Position numbers and translations under genes: made by a program. Shown here piece by piece: positions 27,101 to 34,905 of a stretch of DNA of 64,000 nucleotides. Under the pieces are notes generated by a model. That model searched no databases. It saw only the letters and a program-made list of their open reading frames with translations, and had not been told where the DNA came from. Source of the DNA: Coprococcus sp. (GTDB taxonomy: Bacteria; Bacillota; Clostridia; Lachnospirales; Lachnospiraceae); the NCBI GenBank assembly GCA_050872265.1, contig JBNMGN010000009.1:26603-90602 (forward strand), read 5' to 3'. The number at the start of each line of letters is the position of its first letter. The stretch's first letter is position 1.

Positions 27101-28276
27101 ATGTTTAAGTTAAGAAAAGGCTTAGTTGCAACAGCAGCTATCGTGGCTATGCTTGGAACAGGCATGGTAGTATCAGCAGATTCATCAGTTGGACCAAACG
27201 AGCAGAGTGTTCTTGAGCATATTAAAGAGTATGCTAATGCAGAGGAGAGAGGCTTTTATGGCCTTGCAGAGTCTCAGTTTGAGTACACTGCAGGAGATAT
27301 ATCAGCAGCAGATGCAGAAGCTATCAATGCCAAGATCGATGCAGCTCATGAGCTTTATGTTGTAATGACAGCAGATGAGGCAAACAACACAACAGCTAAC
27401 CAGATGGAGCTTGTTGGATATGCTAAGGAAGCTGCACAGCTTGTAGGTGGAGATGTAATCTCATTTGCAGGTGAAGGCAAGAAGGCTGCAGAGTGTGCTG
27501 CATTCGTACAGTTCACAGAGGCAGGAACAGTAAACCAGATCCAGTTCTATGACGGAACACTTTACACAGCATCAAAGGTTGTTTCAATAAGCGGTAACAG
27601 ATATGGTATCGTTGAAGGAAAGACACCTGCAGATACAGATGTATATGCATTAGAAGAAGGTAAGTATTTCGTTGATGCAAGCACAGGTCTTGTTGATTCA
27701 TCAACAGGCTTCAAGAAGACACCAGCAGGTAAGTGGTACTTACTTAACGAAGGTGTTCTCAATGAGAAGACTGGTGTAGTTGTTACAGGTTCAGCTTACT
27801 ATGTAACAGCCGGAGTTCTTGATACTTCAGTTACAACACTTGCTAAGGCTGACAACGGCGTTTGGTACTACATAAAGAATGGTAAGCAGTGCAACGACAA
27901 TACTCTTGTTAAGTATGGCAGCACATGGTATCACGTAAACGGTGGTAAGCTTGCTAAGGATACAACACTTGTTAAGTACGGCAGCACATGGTACTACGTT
28001 AAGGATGGTAAGATGTGCAAGGATGCTACACTTGTTAAGTACAGCAACAGCTGGTACTACGTAAAGAATGGTAAGATCTGCAAGGATGCTACACTTGTTA
28101 AGTACGGCAGTGCTTGGTACTATGTAAAGGCTGGTAAGATCTGCAAGGATACAACACTTGTTAAGTACAACAATAAGTGGTATTACGTAACAAATGGTAA
28201 GGTAGACTTCAAGTTCTCAGGTAATGTTAAGTATAACGGAAAGACATACAAGGTAGTTAAGGGTATTAAGCAGTAA
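27101..28276 (+). CDS. Secreted protein with C-terminal WYY-type cell-wall-binding repeats (CW_binding_1-like)
   Basis: Signal peptide MFKLRKGLVATAAIVAMLGTGMVVSA. About six 21-aa repeats TLVKYGSTWYYVK(D/N)GK(I/M)CKD(A/T). Confidence 0.8.
   Translation: MFKLRKGLVATAAIVAMLGTGMVVSADSSVGPNEQSVLEHIKEYANAEERGFYGLAESQFEYTAGDISAADAEAINAKIDAAHELYVVMTADEANNTTANQMELVGYAKEAAQLVGGDVISFAGEGKKAAECAAFVQFTEAGTVNQIQFYDGTLYTASKVVSISGNRYGIVEGKTPADTDVYALEEGKYFVDASTGLVDSSTGFKKTPAGKWYLLNEGVLNEKTGVVVTGSAYYVTAGVLDTSVTTLAKADNGVWYYIKNGKQCNDNTLVKYGSTWYHVNGGKLAKDTTLVKYGSTWYYVKDGKMCKDATLVKYSNSWYYVKNGKICKDATLVKYGSAWYYVKAGKICKDTTLVKYNNKWYYVTNGKVDFKFSGNVKYNGKTYKVVKGIKQ
27836..28216 (+). repeat. 63-bp in-frame tandem repeats (about 6 units) encoding the WYY repeats
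   Basis: ac(a/t)cttgttaagta(c/t) recurs at 27902, 27965, 28028, 28091 and 28154 (period exactly 63). Units are highly similar at the DNA level. Confidence 0.9.
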
Positions 28277-28302
28277 TATCCCAAACCAATGTATTATGGC
28301 AT

Positions 28303-28336
28303 AAAAGAGAGAGATTTTAACGTCTCTCTCTTTTTT
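28303..28336 (+). terminator. Rho-independent terminator
   Basis: aaaagagagaga / tctctctctttt stem with an 8-nt loop and T6 tail. Confidence 0.85.
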
Positions 28337-28490
28337 GATTGCTTTTTTGCTTTAACTTTGCTATCCTTTAATGGAGTGCGTGTTCATATAGGAAAGAATA
28401 TGAGTCCACAAGCTTAAATGTTATCTTGGCAAATGATCGTGCAGATAATTTCGTATTGCATGATACACATTGTATGAGGAGAATAAAGAT

Positions 28491-29213
28491 ATGAGTGGTA
28501 TAAAGAAGGGAATTGTTTACTGTGGCGTGGCACTTGCCTGTGCGCTGTTCACTCTGGGCTACGGACATCTGGAAAGCTATGCGGATATAAACGGCAATGA
28601 GTCCAGGCTGATAGGTGTTGCCAGCAGTACATTCTATTATCAGGGTTCTTATTATCGGGTGAAGCAGGCATATATAAACCAGCTTATCAATATGCTGGAT
28701 TCCAGCTATGATCTTACAGCGTCCCAGGCAGACGCATGCATAGACTATATATATAATAATGTGGCGTCGGGGATCGCCTCAGGATATCTCTACAAGGTTG
28801 AGGATGAGAAGAAGGAAGAGGCTGTTGACGATCCAAAGGGAAATGATGACAAAACGCCGGAGGATGGTAAGGATTCCCAGGATAAGACACCGGATAAGGA
28901 CATAGGTGCAGATCAGAAGATCATAGATGTAGGTAAGGACGCCAAGGCGGACAAGACCAAGGAAGAGATGGCGAAGGAGGCAGCAGCACTTGCCAAGGAT
29001 CTTGGCATGAACATAAGCTTTGACTCTGACAACAATGATTTCTCCATTGTTGACGACGCGGGAAATGTTGTTGTGTCAACAAGGTCTGCAGTGAAGAATA
29101 CAGGCTTCAGGTTAAATTCCCTGTTGTATACGGGAATTGCGGTGCTCATGTTATTTGCAGCGGCACTTGCAGTGGCGTTTAAGTTCGGATTATTCAAAAA
29201 GGACAATGAATAG
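28491..29213 (+). CDS. Secreted acidic protein with a C-terminal sorting-signal-like tail (candidate sortase substrate)
   Basis: RBS gaggag then ATG 28491 (the track start 28470 is TTG). Signal peptide MSGIKKGIVYCGVALACALFTLGYG. The C-terminus is SAVKNTG-FRLNS-LLYTGIAVLMLFAAALAVAF-KFGLFKKDNE: a motif, a hydrophobic helix and a basic tail. Confidence 0.65.
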   Translation: MSGIKKGIVYCGVALACALFTLGYGHLESYADINGNESRLIGVASSTFYYQGSYYRVKQAYINQLINMLDSSYDLTASQADACIDYIYNNVASGIASGYLYKVEDEKKEEAVDDPKGNDDKTPEDGKDSQDKTPDKDIGADQKIIDVGKDAKADKTKEEMAKEAAALAKDLGMNISFDSDNNDFSIVDDAGNVVVSTRSAVKNTGFRLNSLLYTGIAVLMLFAAALAVAFKFGLFKKDNE

Positions 29214-29222
29214 AGGCTTTAT

Positions 29223-29891
29223 ATGAAGATCAGTAAAAGAAAAAAGAGGATAATGGCATACATATTTGTCCCGGTAATAATGGCTGTGCTGGGATACGGG
29301 ATCATATTCGTGGCAGCAAGACCGGTCATAAATCTTGCGTCGAATGTATTTAATATGGTGCTTTCAAAGACCATGCCTGATTTCAGCAGCGGGCTTGAAA
29401 GCGTATATGATGAGAACGCTAAGGTGCCAAAGAGCGGCACCCTTAAAAAGAGTGAGATAGTATTTCCGGGATATGAGGTGCAGTACGGTGAACTGACCTG
29501 CGAGAGACTTGACATGGATGTGAAGGTATTCTGGGGAGATACAGACAGGGTGTTCAAGGAAGGAGCAGGACAGTACATAGGAAGCTTTCTTCCGGGATTT
29601 GGACAGATGGTGCTTCTGGGAGCCCATGACTCTCTGTATTTTGAACCATTGCAGGATGTGAAGAAGGGGGATGTGTTTGTCCTCAGGACTAATTATGGTG
29701 AATTTCAGTACAGGGTAACTGAAACCAAGATCGCAGACGCCAAGGATTCAGAGGTGTTCTTTGACAACGGTGATAAGGAGCAGCTTATATTGTATACCTG
29801 CTATCCTTTTGGTGCCCTTATCGGAATAAAGGATCAGCGTTTCTATGTATGTGCAGAGAAGATCGCAGGACCTGTAATATCTGAAGAGTAG
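29223..29891 (+). CDS. Sortase-family transpeptidase
   Basis: N-terminal TM anchor, catalytic His context VLLGAHDS, Cys context LILYTCYPF (TLxTC-like), downstream Arg (DQRFYV). Confidence 0.8.
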   Translation: MKISKRKKRIMAYIFVPVIMAVLGYGIIFVAARPVINLASNVFNMVLSKTMPDFSSGLESVYDENAKVPKSGTLKKSEIVFPGYEVQYGELTCERLDMDVKVFWGDTDRVFKEGAGQYIGSFLPGFGQMVLLGAHDSLYFEPLQDVKKGDVFVLRTNYGEFQYRVTETKIADAKDSEVFFDNGDKEQLILYTCYPFGALIGIKDQRFYVCAEKIAGPVISEE

Positions 29892-29903
29892 GGGTGAGTG
29901 TAA

Positions 29904-30788
29904 TTGGAGAAAAAAACTGAGTCCGGAAAGACCCGGAGAAAAAGTAAAAAGATGAAAAATATAAGAACGGCAGTAAGCCTTGTGTTTTCATTTATCCTTG
30001 CATTATGCTTCACTGCCATCATAGTCTTAACTGCATTTAAGATGTCCTTCTTCAATGCGTCATCTGTCATAGGTGAGTTCAATAAGACAAATTATTACTA
30101 CAGTGTATGGGATTCTGTATATGAGAAGGCATGCAATACCATCAGACCATCGGGACTTCCTGAAGAGGTTCTTTATGGAGTGTTTGACAAGAACGTGGTA
30201 TACATGGAATCCAAGAATTATATAGAAGCACAGATAAAGCAGCAGGATTACACTGTGAATACCACAGTAATAGAGAATAAAATAAAAGATAATATTTCAT
30301 CCTATATTAAGAAGAACAATATAGAGACCACAAAGGAGACAGACCAGGGGATAAGTGATATTACCGGGGAGATCGTCAATGATTATGAGTCGGCGTTGAA
30401 GTTTCCTTTTGCGGCACAGTATGTTAAGTACATGAATATGTATAATAAGGTATTCGCTCCGTTGTGTGCAGTGCTGGTGATACTGTGTATCATCATCTGT
30501 TTTATACTGATATCAATGCAGCACTGGGCACACAGAGGCATAAGATATATAAGCTATGCGCTGTTATCTTCCGGTATCATGGGCTTTGTGGCACCGGCAG
30601 TTATCAGGATATCAGGGATATATGAGAGGCTCAATGTGACACCCATCAGGTTATACAATCTTGTGGTTGCAGTTATAGAGAGCAACCTTAACATGCTTAT
30701 GTACCTTTCCTGTGCAGCATTTGTACTGTTCGGACTGAGCCTTGGAGCTATCAACACTCTTAAGAAGAGAGCATCGCACAAGAGGTAG
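29904..30788 (+). CDS. Hypothetical polytopic membrane protein
   Basis: One N-terminal TM, an extracytoplasmic domain of about 140 aa, then 3-4 C-terminal TM helices. The track start is TTG; ATG 29952 is an alternative. Confidence 0.55.
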   Translation: MEKKTESGKTRRKSKKMKNIRTAVSLVFSFILALCFTAIIVLTAFKMSFFNASSVIGEFNKTNYYYSVWDSVYEKACNTIRPSGLPEEVLYGVFDKNVVYMESKNYIEAQIKQQDYTVNTTVIENKIKDNISSYIKKNNIETTKETDQGISDITGEIVNDYESALKFPFAAQYVKYMNMYNKVFAPLCAVLVILCIIICFILISMQHWAHRGIRYISYALLSSGIMGFVAPAVIRISGIYERLNVTPIRLYNLVVAVIESNLNMLMYLSCAAFVLFGLSLGAINTLKKRASHKR

Positions 30789-30798
30789 GAGATTATTC

Positions 30799-31524
30799 AT
30801 GATAGGTTTGTTTGATATGCATTGCCATATCCTGCCGGGAGTAGATGACGGCTCAAAGGATATGGACACCACAAGGAAAATGCTTGCCAAGGCATATGAA
30901 CAGGGAATAAGGAACATGGTGGCAACCCCACATTTTATGATGGGAGAGGACAACACCCCTGTGCCGGAGCTTGCGGAGATATTTCTTAAGGTCAGGCAGG
31001 AGGCTAAAGCCATAGCACCGGACTTCAATATATTTCTGGGAAATGAGCTGCTTTATGACAACGGTCTTCTGGGGCAGGTGCAGAAGGGAAATGCACTGAC
31101 CATCAACGGCACAAGATATGTGCTCATTGAATTTCTTGTGGAGACTGAATATGAAAATATATGTGCTGCCGTCAGGGAGTTCACCACAGCCGGGTACATT
31201 CCTATAATCGCCCATGTGGAGCGGTATATGAAGCTTACAAAGCACACGGAGTATATCGGAGAGCTCATAGATATGGGAGCACTGATCCAGGTGAATATCT
31301 CATCCCTTGAGGGTGGGATCACAGACCAGGTGGCAGGCTTTTGCAGGAAGCTGCTTAAGGCTGACATGATACATGTATTCGGCACTGACGCCCATGGGGT
31401 AAATGTAAGACCGCCGGTCGTATCCGGGGGATTAAAATACATAGTAAAAAAATATGGGGAAGGCAAAGCAGAGGAGCTGTTCAACAGAAATCCGAAGCGT
31501 ATCCTGAACGATAAGTTAATATGA
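30799..31524 (+). CDS. PHP-family protein-tyrosine phosphatase (CpsB/YwqE-like)
   Basis: MIGLFDMHCHILPGVDDG N-terminus, ATPH and AHVERY motifs. RBS aggtaggag then ATG 30799; the track start 30742 lies inside the upstream gene. Confidence 0.85.
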   Translation: MIGLFDMHCHILPGVDDGSKDMDTTRKMLAKAYEQGIRNMVATPHFMMGEDNTPVPELAEIFLKVRQEAKAIAPDFNIFLGNELLYDNGLLGQVQKGNALTINGTRYVLIEFLVETEYENICAAVREFTTAGYIPIIAHVERYMKLTKHTEYIGELIDMGALIQVNISSLEGGITDQVAGFCRKLLKADMIHVFGTDAHGVNVRPPVVSGGLKYIVKKYGEGKAEELFNRNPKRILNDKLI

Positions 31525-31540
31525 TCAAAGGAGAAAGAAA

Positions 31541-32851
31541 ATGGGAACAGATAATGAACAGGAATATGAAATAGACCTGAAGGAGATATGCATAGCTATT
31601 CTCGACAGGATATGGATAGTCATATCCGTTGGAATCGCGTGTGCGTTGCTTGCAGGTATAATCACCAAGGTGTTCATTACACCGATGTACACATCAACAA
31701 CCAAGCTGTATGTCATCAACAAGCAGAATTCCGAGAACAGTGTCACATACACTGATCTCCAGACAGGAAATCTTCTTACCAATGACTATATCATCCAGGT
31801 AAAGGGAACCAAGGTGCTGTCACAGGTTATCAGTGAACTGAACCTTACAGATACAGAGGATGAGCTTGCTTCAAGGATCACAGTAAGCAACCCTGAAAAT
31901 TCAAGATTTATAGTTATATCAGTAAGCGATAAGGACCCGGTGGTTGCCCAGCAGATAGCTTCATGCGTTGCCAAGGTGTCATCCGAGGTGGTAAAAGAGG
32001 TTATGGATCTTGAGAAGGTGAATGTGGCAGAGGAGGCAAATCTCCCACTTGAAAAGAGCAGCCCTAACCTTAAGAAGAATGTGCTTTTAGGCGGCGTTGC
32101 CGGTGTGTTCGTATCATTGCTTCTTATAGTTGTGTTCTATCTTTTAAATGACCATATCAGAACTCCGGAGGACGTGAAGCGTTATCTGGGACTTAATACA
32201 TTGGGACAGATCCCGGTGCTTGAGGACGGCGGAAATGCAAAGAAGAAGCAGAGACACAGAAAGCCTGATATTGATGATGAAGATGACGACGAGGATGAAA
32301 ATGAAAATGAGCCTGTAGCGGTTGTTCCTGCTGTGGGAAATACTGACAAGATCCCTGTATTTGTACCGGGACTTTCAGTGGATACTGCCGAGTCGACAGG
32401 AGAGACAGCAGAGACAGTTTCATCTGCTGATCATGAAGAGGAAATCGGTGAAACTTCTGAAGATATGGCTCCTGAAGCAGTCAGGTATGCGGCAGTGATT
32501 TCAGAAGAAATTGCCAAGCCTGAGACTGAGATTTCGGAAGAAGCTGTTGAGACTGAGACAGCAATTTCAGAGTCTGTCGCAAAGTCTGAGAAGAAATCTG
32601 CCGGATCAAAAAAGAAATCCAAGAATAAGGCAGACGAAGAAGAAAAAATAAAGAAATCAGATAAGGCAGATAAGACAAAGAAGGCTGACAAAGCGGATAA
32701 AGAAAAGAAGGCTGATAAGCCTGACAAAGAGGATAAGCCTGTAAAGGATAAAAAGTCCAAAAAGAAAAAGTCAGGCAAGAAGGCTCACGACAAGAAAGAC
32801 CATGACAAGAAGGAAACAGAATATGCGGAAGGAGGAGAAGACAATGAATAA
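31541..32851 (+). CDS. Wzz/CpsC-type tyrosine-kinase modulator with a roughly 210-aa low-complexity C-terminal extension
   Basis: TM1 (IWIVISVGIACALLAGIITKVF), Wzz periplasmic-type domain, TM2 (LLGGVAGVFVSLLLIVVFYLL), canonical end IRTPEDVKRYLGLNTLGQIP. An acidic and then Lys-rich tail follows (KADKTKKADKADKEKKADKPDKEDKP...). Confidence 0.8.
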   Translation: MGTDNEQEYEIDLKEICIAILDRIWIVISVGIACALLAGIITKVFITPMYTSTTKLYVINKQNSENSVTYTDLQTGNLLTNDYIIQVKGTKVLSQVISELNLTDTEDELASRITVSNPENSRFIVISVSDKDPVVAQQIASCVAKVSSEVVKEVMDLEKVNVAEEANLPLEKSSPNLKKNVLLGGVAGVFVSLLLIVVFYLLNDHIRTPEDVKRYLGLNTLGQIPVLEDGGNAKKKQRHRKPDIDDEDDDEDENENEPVAVVPAVGNTDKIPVFVPGLSVDTAESTGETAETVSSADHEEEIGETSEDMAPEAVRYAAVISEEIAKPETEISEEAVETETAISESVAKSEKKSAGSKKKSKNKADEEEKIKKSDKADKTKKADKADKEKKADKPDKEDKPVKDKKSKKKKSGKKAHDKKDHDKKETEYAEGGEDNE

Positions 32852-33554
32852 GATAACTTTCGATAAGCTGGACAAGATGGATTTCCGCAGCAACGAAGCT
32901 TATAAGATCCTCCGAACTAACATCCTGTTTTCAGGAAGCAGGATAAAGGCAATAGGCCTCACCTCATGTATACCGGGTGAGGGCAAGACCTCAGTGTCCA
33001 TCAATCTTGCCAGATCATTTGCAGATATAGGCAAGAAGGTCGTGTTCATAAACGCAGACATGAGAAAATCTGTTATGGCAGGAAGATATCACATAAAGAA
33101 CATTGAGAACGGACTCAGCCATTACCTTTCAGGTCAGTGCCTTTACGAGGAATGTCTGTGCGAGACAAATATAGAAAATCTTTATTTCATTGACGCAGGA
33201 CCTGTTCCTCCGAATCCGGCAGAGCTTCTTGGCTCAGAGCAATTTGCTGAGCTGATGGTGAACTGCAGAAGAGACTTTGATTACATTATAATAGATACAC
33301 CGCCGCTTGGTTCGGTTATCGACAGTGCCATAGTGGCGAAGCAGCTTGACGGAGTTGCTCTTGTTATTGAGAATAATAAGATAAGCTACAAGTTTGCCCA
33401 GAAGGTTAAGGAACAGCTCGAGCAGAGTGACTGTAGGATCCTTGGTGTTATACTTAACAAGGTTGAGTCAGGTAAGAAGGGCTACTATGGTAAGTATTAC
33501 GGCAAATACTATGGCAGGTACTACGGAGTATACAACAACGGAGATGAAGACTGA
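32844..33554 (+). CDS. BY-kinase (CpsD/YwqD-type protein-tyrosine kinase)
   Basis: Walker A GEGKTS, A' FINADMRK, Walker B IIIDTPP. C-terminal tyrosine cluster GYYGKYYGKYYGRYYGVY. GGAGGAG RBS then ATG 32844, overlapping the cpsC-like stop. Confidence 0.9.
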   Translation: MNKITFDKLDKMDFRSNEAYKILRTNILFSGSRIKAIGLTSCIPGEGKTSVSINLARSFADIGKKVVFINADMRKSVMAGRYHIKNIENGLSHYLSGQCLYEECLCETNIENLYFIDAGPVPPNPAELLGSEQFAELMVNCRRDFDYIIIDTPPLGSVIDSAIVAKQLDGVALVIENNKISYKFAQKVKEQLEQSDCRILGVILNKVESGKKGYYGKYYGKYYGRYYGVYNNGDED

Positions 33555-33556
33555 AA

Positions 33557-34396
33557 ATGATCATTGACATACACACACATACTTATCCGGAAAAAATTGC
33601 AAAGAAGGCTGTGGAGCTTCTGGTGGGACGCTCCGGAGCAAAGGCTCATACAGACGGCACCCTTGGGGGACTTAAGTTATCAACGGCAAATGCAGGTATT
33701 GATATATCTGTTGTGCTTCCGGTGGTGACGGCACCAAAGCAGACAGAACATATAAATGAAGTGGCGGCAGCGGTAAGTGCTGAGTTTGACGGAAGGGGAG
33801 TGTTCTCCTTCGGAGGTATCCACCCGGAAAATGACAACTATAAGGAGATACTTAATTTCGTAAGCAGAGAGGGACTTAAGGGCATAAAGCTCCATCCGGA
33901 TTATCAGGATGTGTTCTTTGACGACATAAAGTGCAAGCGGATCATAAGCTATGCCACAGAACTGGGACTGGCGGTTGTGGTACATGCAGGTACAGATATA
34001 GGACTGCCCCAGGTGGTACATTGCACACCTGATATGGTATGCAATGTGCTGGATGATGTTAAGCCGGACAAGCTTATCCTTGCCCACATGGGAGGTTGGA
34101 ACATGTGGGACGAGGTTTATGAGAAGCTGTGTGGCAGGGATGTGTTCTTTGACACGGCATTTTCAGTGGGCAATATCGACTGGGTAGAGGGCAGGGCCGG
34201 AGAGTGGAGACTGCTTGATCCTGAGAAATTCGTGAAGCTTGTAAGAGATCATGGTGCGGAACATGTGATATTCGGAACTGACAGTCCCTGGGCAGATCAG
34301 GGATATTCCGTAAAAATCATACAAAATACAAAACTCACAAATGACGAAAAAAATATGATCCTGGGAGAAAATGCAAAAAAACTTTTAGATTTTTGA
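33557..34396 (+). CDS. Amidohydrolase-family (TIM-barrel metal-dependent hydrolase, Amidohydro_2-like) protein
   Basis: IIDIHTHTYPEK N-terminal HxH motif; later HAG and FGTDSPW motifs. Starts 2 nt after the kinase stop. Confidence 0.7.
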   Translation: MIIDIHTHTYPEKIAKKAVELLVGRSGAKAHTDGTLGGLKLSTANAGIDISVVLPVVTAPKQTEHINEVAAAVSAEFDGRGVFSFGGIHPENDNYKEILNFVSREGLKGIKLHPDYQDVFFDDIKCKRIISYATELGLAVVVHAGTDIGLPQVVHCTPDMVCNVLDDVKPDKLILAHMGGWNMWDEVYEKLCGRDVFFDTAFSVGNIDWVEGRAGEWRLLDPEKFVKLVRDHGAEHVIFGTDSPWADQGYSVKIIQNTKLTNDEKNMILGENAKKLLDF

Positions 34397-34512
34397 CAAT
34401 TTGGGATTGCAATACATTTAAAAATATGTTACATTTTTGTTACAGGGTTTGAAGCTGCTAATAGTCCTTACGCTTCAACTTGTTTTTTTCACAAAATATT
34501 TATACAAAGAAG

Positions 34513-34541
34513 AGCTATGAGATGATCTCATAGCTTTTTTT
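34513..34541 (+). terminator. Rho-independent terminator ending the cpsBCD-like/amidohydrolase transcription unit
   Basis: Perfect 10-bp stem agctatgaga / tctcatagct, 3-nt loop, T7 tail. A weaker hairpin plus T7 lies at about 34449-34490. Confidence 0.75.
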
Positions 34542-34905
34542 GTGCAATAAGCCGTCATGCAGAAATTGTGCTTGCACAAATTTCTATATGACGGTCAATG
34601 TTCATCGAGCCGATAGGCGAGATGACATTAATTGCATGCCGAGTAGGTGTCAGCCTACTCGATCCCATGTAAGGATATCTGTGACATCGTTAATTTCTAA
34701 TGCTTGCTGCTCCGTTTTTTGTGATATTTCTTCTTTCGAAATTTGTAAACTATTGTCAATATTGTATAGGTTGATGTTGAATATTCCCCCTTGATTTGTT
34801 AAAATTTAAGATGAGTGGGCATTATGTGATGAAAGATCACAGCCTAAAACGAACGGGAAGCCTGAGATTTAGGCTGGCTGACGTTCAACAGAAAGGGGAA
34901 GATTT

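Noticed and set aside
34540-34794. 84-aa Cys-rich ORF in the adhesin upstream region.
   Set aside because: It has a TTG start with no Shine-Dalgarno sequence. It runs through several strong hairpins and has no recognisable motif. It is most likely a chance ORF in non-coding DNA.
34800-34905. Possible c-di-GMP riboswitch in the leader of the giant adhesin gene. Strings such as CACAGCCTAAAAC and ACGGGAAGCC loosely recall the GEMM-I CACAGGGCAAACC / GACGCAAAGCC cores.
   Set aside because: The two blocks are adjacent, leaving no room for the P1 hairpin with its GNRA loop. The class II core (GGGCAC...GCAACCGACC) is also absent. The resemblance is at the level expected by chance. Only an Infernal scan could revive it.
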